Assembly (NCBI GenBank): GCA_031414955.1
Contig: JANOQV010000152.1
Coordinates: forward strand, 21,093 to 85,092
Source of the DNA: Pedosphaera sp.
GTDB taxonomy: Bacteria; Verrucomicrobiota; Verrucomicrobiia; Limisphaerales; SIBH01
Direction: 5' to 3'
Length of the DNA stretch: 64,000 bases
A model generated the notes under the pieces. It saw nothing but the letters and a program-made list of their open reading frames with translations, made no database searches and was not told the origin of the DNA. Position numbers and translations under genes: made by a program. Each line of letters starts with the position of its first letter. Position 1 is the first letter of the stretch. Positions 58,460 through 64,000 of the stretch are shown one piece after another.

Positions 58460-60550
58460 TCACATAAACTGCAGCTTCGTCGTCGGCGCGTCCGCGTCCC
58501 AGCCGCGCGGCGGCTTGCTGTTCACGGCGGCGACTTCCTTGATCGAGAGCTGGCGCCCCAGCGTCTTCGGACTCTTCACGTCCACCTCGCTGGGGTTGCA
58601 GGTCTGCTGGCTGATCTTCTGGTGCGGCGCGGCCTTGTAGCGGATGAAGATTTCCTTCGGCGTGTCCGGCTCGAAGAACAGAATGCGCGACTTCTCCGGG
58701 ATGCAGTTGTAATCGCGGTTCAGAATGGTGCCGCCAAAGGTGAAGCGCTTGATGTAGGTCGCGTCACGATTCGTATAGACGAGGGTGAACACGCGCTCGC
58801 GCTCCGGCAACCCGCAGTAATACAGGTCCGGGCCGACGAACATCTTCTCCTGCAACTCCACGACCTTGAAATGCCCGTCCTTGAAGACCATGAGCAGCTT
58901 GTCGAACTTGGTGCAGTCCACACGAAACTCCTCGCCGGAAACCTTGTAGCCCACGTAACCGCTCTCGCGGTCATACGCGACCTTGAACGACTTGAACGCG
59001 ACTTCCTTCGCGTCCACTTCGTCGTAGCGGCTGCTCTTGGTCAGGCGCGGATACTCCTCGGCGTATTTGGCAATCAGTCCTTCGAGATGGCTGATCACGT
59101 ACTTGGTCAACTGCTTGAGATGCTTGCGCGTCTCGCCGAGGTCAGCCTTGATCTGCTCCGTCTCCGCGCGGTGCTTGTTGATGTCGAAGAGCGAGATGCG
59201 GCGGATGCGAACTTGCAGCAGGCGCTCGACATCGGCGTCCGTCACATCGCGCGCGAGTTCCTCGCGGAAGGGTTTCAGTCCCTCATGCACCGCCGCCATG
59301 ACGGTCTCGTTCGTCTTGCACAGCTCGATCTTCTTGTAGATGCGCTCCTCGATGAAGATGCGTTCCAGCGTGCGCGCGTGCAGTTCTTCGAGAAGCTGCT
59401 TCTCCTTCAATTCCAACTCGCGCTTCATCAAGTCCACGAGCTGCTCGGTGTTCGCGCGCAGCACTTCGGTCACGGTCAGTTCCACCGGACGATTGTCGCG
59501 AATGACCGTGATGCGGCTGGTGATGGATACCTCGCAGTCCGTGAACGCAAAGAGCGCGTCAATCAACTGCTGCGCGCTCACGCCCGCCGGAGCCTTCACC
59601 TCGATCTCCACGTTCTCGGACGTGAAATCGTTGACCGACTTGACCTTGATCTTGCCCTTGTGCGACGCGGCTTCGATAGACGCGATGAGCGACTCGGTGG
59701 TCGTGGAGGGCGGAATCTCTTTGATGACGACGGTGTTCTCGTCCTTCTCTTTGATCTTGGCGCGAACCTTGATCGAGCCTTTGCCGTCCGCGTACTCGCG
59801 CGCATCCATCAGGCCGCCGGTCTGGAAATCAGGCAGGCACTTGAAACTCTCTTTTTTCAGAATCGCAATCTGCGCCTGAAGCAGCTCGATGAAATTGTGC
59901 GGCAAAATGCGCGCCGACATGCCAACCGCAATGCCTTCCGTGCCGAGCATGAGCAGCAGCGGCAGCTTGCAGGGCAACGACACCGGCTCGCGTTTGCGCC
60001 CGTCGTAGCTGGGCACGAACTCCGTCAGCTCGTCGTTGAAAATTTCCTTGCGCGCGAGTTCCGTGAGCCGGCACTCGATGTAACGCGGCGCGGCGGCAGG
60101 ATCGCCCGTGAAGATGTTGCCGTAGTTCCCTTGCCGCTCGATGACGTAACGCTTGTTCGCCAGCACTACCAGCGCGTCGCCGATGGAGGCGTCGCCGTGC
60201 GGGTGATACTTCATGGACTCACCAACAATGTTGGCGACCTTCATGAAGCGCCCGTCGTCCGTCTCGTGCAACGCCCAGAGAATGCGCCGCTGCACGGGCT
60301 TCAAACCATCGGCGAGATTCGGAATCGCGCGGTCACGGATGACGTAGCTGGCGTAGTCGAGGAAGTTGCGATCCACGCGCCGGTGCAACGCCTGCTCAAT
60401 GTTCCCCGGCACGAAGGGGCGATGGATAATTTCCTCCGGCACGCTCTCCACTTCGACATGGGCGTGACCTTGGCCATTTCCGTTGCCCTCCGCCTGGGTG
60501 GGGGTGTTTTCGTCCTTCGCCTTGTCGGCCGCTTTCTTCTTCTCGCTCAT
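58460..60550 (-). CDS. parC: DNA topoisomerase IV subunit A (short type)
   Basis: FLDYASYVI.DRAIP..DGLKPVQRRI, YHPHGD, AAPRYIE, GIAVG; no GyrA-box C-terminal domain. Confidence 0.9.
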   Translation of the reverse strand: MSEKKKAADKAKDENTPTQAEGNGNGQGHAHVEVESVPEEIIHRPFVPGNIEQALHRRVDRNFLDYASYVIRDRAIPNLADGLKPVQRRILWALHETDDGRFMKVANIVGESMKYHPHGDASIGDALVVLANKRYVIERQGNYGNIFTGDPAAAPRYIECRLTELARKEIFNDELTEFVPSYDGRKREPVSLPCKLPLLLMLGTEGIAVGMSARILPHNFIELLQAQIAILKKESFKCLPDFQTGGLMDAREYADGKGSIKVRAKIKEKDENTVVIKEIPPSTTTESLIASIEAASHKGKIKVKSVNDFTSENVEIEVKAPAGVSAQQLIDALFAFTDCEVSITSRITVIRDNRPVELTVTEVLRANTEQLVDLMKRELELKEKQLLEELHARTLERIFIEERIYKKIELCKTNETVMAAVHEGLKPFREELARDVTDADVERLLQVRIRRISLFDINKHRAETEQIKADLGETRKHLKQLTKYVISHLEGLIAKYAEEYPRLTKSSRYDEVDAKEVAFKSFKVAYDRESGYVGYKVSGEEFRVDCTKFDKLLMVFKDGHFKVVELQEKMFVGPDLYYCGLPERERVFTLVYTNRDATYIKRFTFGGTILNRDYNCIPEKSRILFFEPDTPKEIFIRYKAAPHQKISQQTCNPSEVDVKSPKTLGRQLSIKEVAAVNSKPPRGWDADAPTTKLQFM

Positions 60551-60709
60551 CGGAAAAATTTAAGGGCGGGAAGGTGCGGAAAGAATTCGCGCAATGCAAG
60601 TGTGCGCGTTGGAGGGCGGGGTTCTGGCGGCGTTCTGAACGGACCGGTTGAACCGGGTGATGATTTCCACGTTGGCTTTCTTGGGCTGGAGATTCCGTGC
60701 GCGCACGGT

Positions 60710-61183
60710 TCAGCGCAACAGTTCCTCCTGCACGGCGCGCAGCGAAAGGTTCATGTCCAGGATGAAAAACAGCAGCGAAATGATCAGCGAGCACAAGCTG
60801 CCGGCGAACAGCGCCAGGGCCAGCAAATCCAGGCGGCTGCCCGAGAGGGCCATCAGAAAGACCAGCAGCACCAACATTGCGGCGAACAACGCGCAAAACA
60901 CCGCCGCCGTCGCCGCCGTCTTCAGGATTCTGGCCCGGCGATGCAGCACGCTCACCTGTTGATCCAGCCGCGCGTCCGGAACGGCCAGGTTCCGGCGCTT
61001 TTCCAGCACCTCGCGGAGCCGGTCAATGATGAAGCGGCCCAGCCGGTTGGTCTGCGACAGGATGATCAGGCCCACGCCGGAGATCATGGCCACCGGGGAA
61101 ATGCTGCCTGCAACAATTGGGTCAGGCTTTGGAGATGTTGCGTGTCCACGGAGGTCAGGAATGGGAGGGGCGTTTTTCGTCAA
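60710..61183 (-). CDS. DUF2721-like membrane protein
   Basis: ISPVAMISGVGL..TNRLGR.IDR.R..RRARIL with hydrophobic helices. Start uncertain. Confidence 0.75.
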   Translation of the reverse strand: MTKNAPPIPDLRGHATSPKPDPIVAGSISPVAMISGVGLIILSQTNRLGRFIIDRLREVLEKRRNLAVPDARLDQQVSVLHRRARILKTAATAAVFCALFAAMLVLLVFLMALSGSRLDLLALALFAGSLCSLIISLLFFILDMNLSLRAVQEELLR

Positions 61184-61387
61184 TCATTGCCGGGCATTGA
61201 ACCAGCACGGACAGAGGCGTCAATGCCGGCCGTCTGTGAATCATGCCGCCGCCGAACCAGATGGTTCCGGATGCCTCCAAACTGTCGTGGAACGGCTGGC
61301 TCATCGACCGCGCCGCAGGCACCCGCGCTACTTCTTAAGCGGCGGGCGATTTCTGGCCCCGGGGAGGTCTCATCGTCTCACCCGGCT

Positions 61388-62911
61388 CTACGTCCAGATC
61401 TGCCGGTCGAGGGACCGGTACTGAATCGCTTCCGAAACATGTTCGCTGCGCACCGTGTCGCTGCCGGCGAGGTCGGCCATGGTGCGCGCGACTTTCAGGA
61501 TTCGGTCGTAGGCGCGCGCGCTCAGGTTCAAGTCGCTCATGGCAAACTTCAGCAACTCCATCGTGGCCTCATCGAGGGCGCAGTGCTGCTTCAGTTCCCG
61601 TGTTCCCATGCGCGCGTTGCAGGTGATGCGGGTGCCGGCGAAGCGGGCCTGCTGGCGCTGCCGCGCGGCGATGACGCGCTCGCGAATTTGCGCCGACGAT
61701 TCGCCGTTCTTGCCATCGCTCATCTCGCGGAACTTCACCTGCGGCACCTCGACGTGCAGATCGATGCGATCCAGCAAAGGTCCGGAGATGCGGCCAAGAT
61801 AATTCTGAATCTCACGCGGGGAACTGCGCGACTCGTGCGGCATCTTGCCATCCGGGGTCGGGTTCATGGCTGCGACGAGCATGAACTGCGCGGGAAAAGT
61901 CATGGTGCCCGCCGCGCGCGAAATGGTGACGCGTCCGTCTTCCAAAGGCTGCCGCATGGTCTCGAGGACGCTGCGTTTGAACTCCGGCAACTCATCGAGA
62001 AAAAGCACGCCATTGTGCGCGAGGGAAATTTCACCCGGCGTGGGATTGACGTTGCCGCCCAGCAATCCTGCGTCGCTCGCGGTGTGGTGCGGCGCGCGAA
62101 ATGGGCGCTGCGTCACCAGCGCCTGCCCCGCCGCGAGCAGCCCGACGATGCTGTGAATCTTCGTGGTCTCCAGCGCTTCCTCGAGCGTGAGCGGAGGGAG
62201 AATGGTCGGCAGTCGCTTGGCCAGCATCGACTTGCCCGTGCCGGGCGGGCCGATGAGCAGCAAGTTGTGTCCGCCGGCTGCGGCGATCTCCAGCGCGCGC
62301 TTCACGGACTCCTGGCCTTTCACGTCGGCGAAATCGAGTTCGTCGTCGCCTTGATTCTTGAAGATGTTCGCGAGATCGACGCGCGTTGGCGCGATCTTGA
62401 TCTGGCCTTCCAGGAAACTCGCCGCCTCGCGCAAGTTCTGGATGGGAATCACCTGCAAGCCGCTGACCACCGCCGCCTCGGGAGCGTTCTCAGCCGGCAC
62501 CAGCACGCCGGCCCGGCCCTCGGCCTTGGCGCGCACGGCGATGGGAAGCACGCCTTTGACCGGCCGCACCGCGCCGGTCAGGGCGAGTTCGCCGACCATG
62601 ACGAAGTTATCGAGTTGATCCGTATCGAGCTGTTCACTGGCCGCAAGCATCCCGATGGCGATGGGCAGGTCGAAGCTCGGCCCCTCCTTCTTCACGTCAG
62701 CGGGCGCGAGGTTGATGGTGGTTTTGCCCATCGGGAATTTGTAGCCGGAGTTGGTGAGCGCGGTGCTGACCCGGTCGCGAGACTCTTTCACCGCCGTGTC
62801 GGGCAGGCCGACGATGACCGTCATGGTGTCGCCCCAGCCGGCGTTGACTTCGACTTCAACGGGGAAGGCATCAATCCCTTGCACAGAGGCGGAACAAACC
62901 CGGGCGAGCAT
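61388..62911 (-). CDS. comM: YifB/ComM Mg-chelatase-like AAA ATPase
   Basis: VGLPDTAVKESRDRV, KKEGPSFDLPIA, GPPGTGKSM, FRAPHH, LFLDELPEF, SARAYDRILKVART. Confidence 0.92.
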   Translation of the reverse strand: MLARVCSASVQGIDAFPVEVEVNAGWGDTMTVIVGLPDTAVKESRDRVSTALTNSGYKFPMGKTTINLAPADVKKEGPSFDLPIAIGMLAASEQLDTDQLDNFVMVGELALTGAVRPVKGVLPIAVRAKAEGRAGVLVPAENAPEAAVVSGLQVIPIQNLREAASFLEGQIKIAPTRVDLANIFKNQGDDELDFADVKGQESVKRALEIAAAGGHNLLLIGPPGTGKSMLAKRLPTILPPLTLEEALETTKIHSIVGLLAAGQALVTQRPFRAPHHTASDAGLLGGNVNPTPGEISLAHNGVLFLDELPEFKRSVLETMRQPLEDGRVTISRAAGTMTFPAQFMLVAAMNPTPDGKMPHESRSSPREIQNYLGRISGPLLDRIDLHVEVPQVKFREMSDGKNGESSAQIRERVIAARQRQQARFAGTRITCNARMGTRELKQHCALDEATMELLKFAMSDLNLSARAYDRILKVARTMADLAGSDTVRSEHVSEAIQYRSLDRQIWT

Positions 62912-62960
62912 GGGTGTGATGTTGCGCAAGCCGTCGGTGAGGCGCAAGCCTTGGTTCGCT

Positions 62961-63644
62961 TCAACGAGCCAGTTGATCGCGGGCGAAGTGCGCGGCCTCC
63001 TCCAGCGCGCCCGCCAGACCCTTCTCCACGGCGATGGTCGTGGTAAAATTCTTCCCGCCCGCACGGCCTGACACCCGGACTTCCGCCGCCGCCGGGTCGT
63101 AAATGATCTTCGCGAAGTCGCTGCTGGCAGGCGGTTGCCGTTCCCAGGTCGCAGACTCCTGCGCGTTGGAGAAGACTCGCGCGTCCTTCCATTTCTGGCG
63201 CAAGACTTCCAGTTGGTTCGTGTCCGCGCCGCGCGTGCCGCCGGTCACGTCGAGCATGGCGACTTGAATCACCGGCGGGCGAGGATTCAAGAACGTAAGG
63301 GTGAACACGATCACCAACGTCGCCGTGGCCAGACCGAGCGCCCAGCGCCAGAGCCTGCCGCGCCGCTTCGCGGTCTCCGGGCTGCCCAGCGTTTGTCGCA
63401 CTTTCGTCTGCAATCGTTCCCGCGCATAAGCCGGAAATTCCGGCGCCGAGGTTTCCATCGCGGCCGTCAAGGGCGCGAAAGCCCGCGCCCGTTCGGCGTC
63501 CGCCTGCAAGCGCACCCACTCGGCCTGCAGCTCGGGGCGGCTCGCCAGCAGTGCCTCCAGTTCGGCTCGCTCCGCCTCCGTCCTTTGGCGCGCGATGACC
63601 TTCATCGCGAGATCGAAAAACCGTTGGTCATTCATTGAGTTCAT
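62961..63644 (-). CDS. Putative anti-sigma factor (cytoplasmic N-terminus, one transmembrane helix, extracytoplasmic C-terminus)
   Basis: Downstream of the ECF sigma gene; EAERAELEALL..PEL motif then one transmembrane segment. Confidence 0.6.
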   Translation of the reverse strand: MNSMNDQRFFDLAMKVIARQRTEAERAELEALLASRPELQAEWVRLQADAERARAFAPLTAAMETSAPEFPAYARERLQTKVRQTLGSPETAKRRGRLWRWALGLATATLVIVFTLTFLNPRPPVIQVAMLDVTGGTRGADTNQLEVLRQKWKDARVFSNAQESATWERQPPASSDFAKIIYDPAAAEVRVSGRAGGKNFTTTIAVEKGLAGALEEAAHFARDQLAR

Positions 63645-63730
63645 CGCAAAAGCCGGGCTGTTTCTTTCAAACTTCGTGCGGACGCGGACCCATTGCCGCT
63701 AGCCGTGATAGATTTCCAAGGCGCACGGCA

Positions 63731-63772
63731 TGTTCTCCCTCTTCTGGGGGAGAGGGCCGGGGTGAGGGCGGG
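63731..63772. repeat. Single REP-like unit
   Basis: TTCTCCCTC..GGGGGAGAGGGCCGGGGTGAGGG, a hairpin-forming REP-type motif. Confidence 0.55.
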
Positions 63773-63789
63773 CTTTGGGCTTTCCATTC

Positions 63790-64000
63790 TCATTCCCCCC
63801 GCCTTTCCCACGCGCGCCGCATCGCCTCCAGCCCGCGTTTCAAATAGACGCCCACCGAGCCGACCGCCACGCCATGCTTCTTCGCCATTTCCTCGTAGCT
63901 CAATCCGTTGACGAAGAAATCTTGCAGCAACTCGCCTTGCGGCGGCTTCAACTCCGCCATCATCCCGCCCAGCACGTTCGCCAGTTCCTTCTGCGTCAGC
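63790..64000 (-). CDS. ECF RNA polymerase sigma factor, C-terminal part (runs off the window)
   Basis: Region-4 HTH GLSYEEMAKKHGVAVGSVGVYLKRG. Confidence 0.75.
   Translation of the reverse strand, partial: LTQKELANVLGGMMAELKPPQGELLQDFFVNGLSYEEMAKKHGVAVGSVGVYLKRGLEAMRRAWERRGE

Noticed and set aside
58622..63046. 1474-aa plus-strand ORF
   Set aside because: Antisense shadow of parC, the DUF2721-like gene and comM caused by GC-rich codon bias; no recognisable motifs.

Overview
GC-rich bacterial chromosome segment, most consistent with Verrucomicrobiota (Pedosphaera/Limisphaera-like). This is an inference from the DUF1501 plus planctomycete-cytochrome gene pair, the short ParC, the TN-rich secreted proteins and the REP/MITE types. 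Contents in order: a phytase-like esterase gene with an in-frame TAG; sorAB; three giant secreted Ig-repeat/P-domain proteins (two carry PQQ-type sugar dehydrogenase heads); hisF; DUF1501 and DUF1549/1553 genes; an OPT transporter; uxaE; a ~6.7 kb defence-like island (HTH, orphan MTase, viaA', small partner, Upf1-like helicase, ravA', RelE/ParE toxin-antitoxin); ilvB with a complete leader-peptide attenuator; a LamG protein; a MacAB-type exporter; larB-larC-Trm112-ArsM-like genes; a polyvalent-type kinase with a nested small ORF; parC; comM; and a partial ECF sigma/anti-sigma pair. No rRNA, tRNA or CRISPR array was seen. The best leads are the nested ORF/kinase module, the helicase cassette inside ravA-viaA, a shared 'RF[FY]R' terminal domain on five secreted proteins, the ilvB attenuator, and pervasive leaderless promoters. 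All family assignments come from motif recognition by eye, not database searches.
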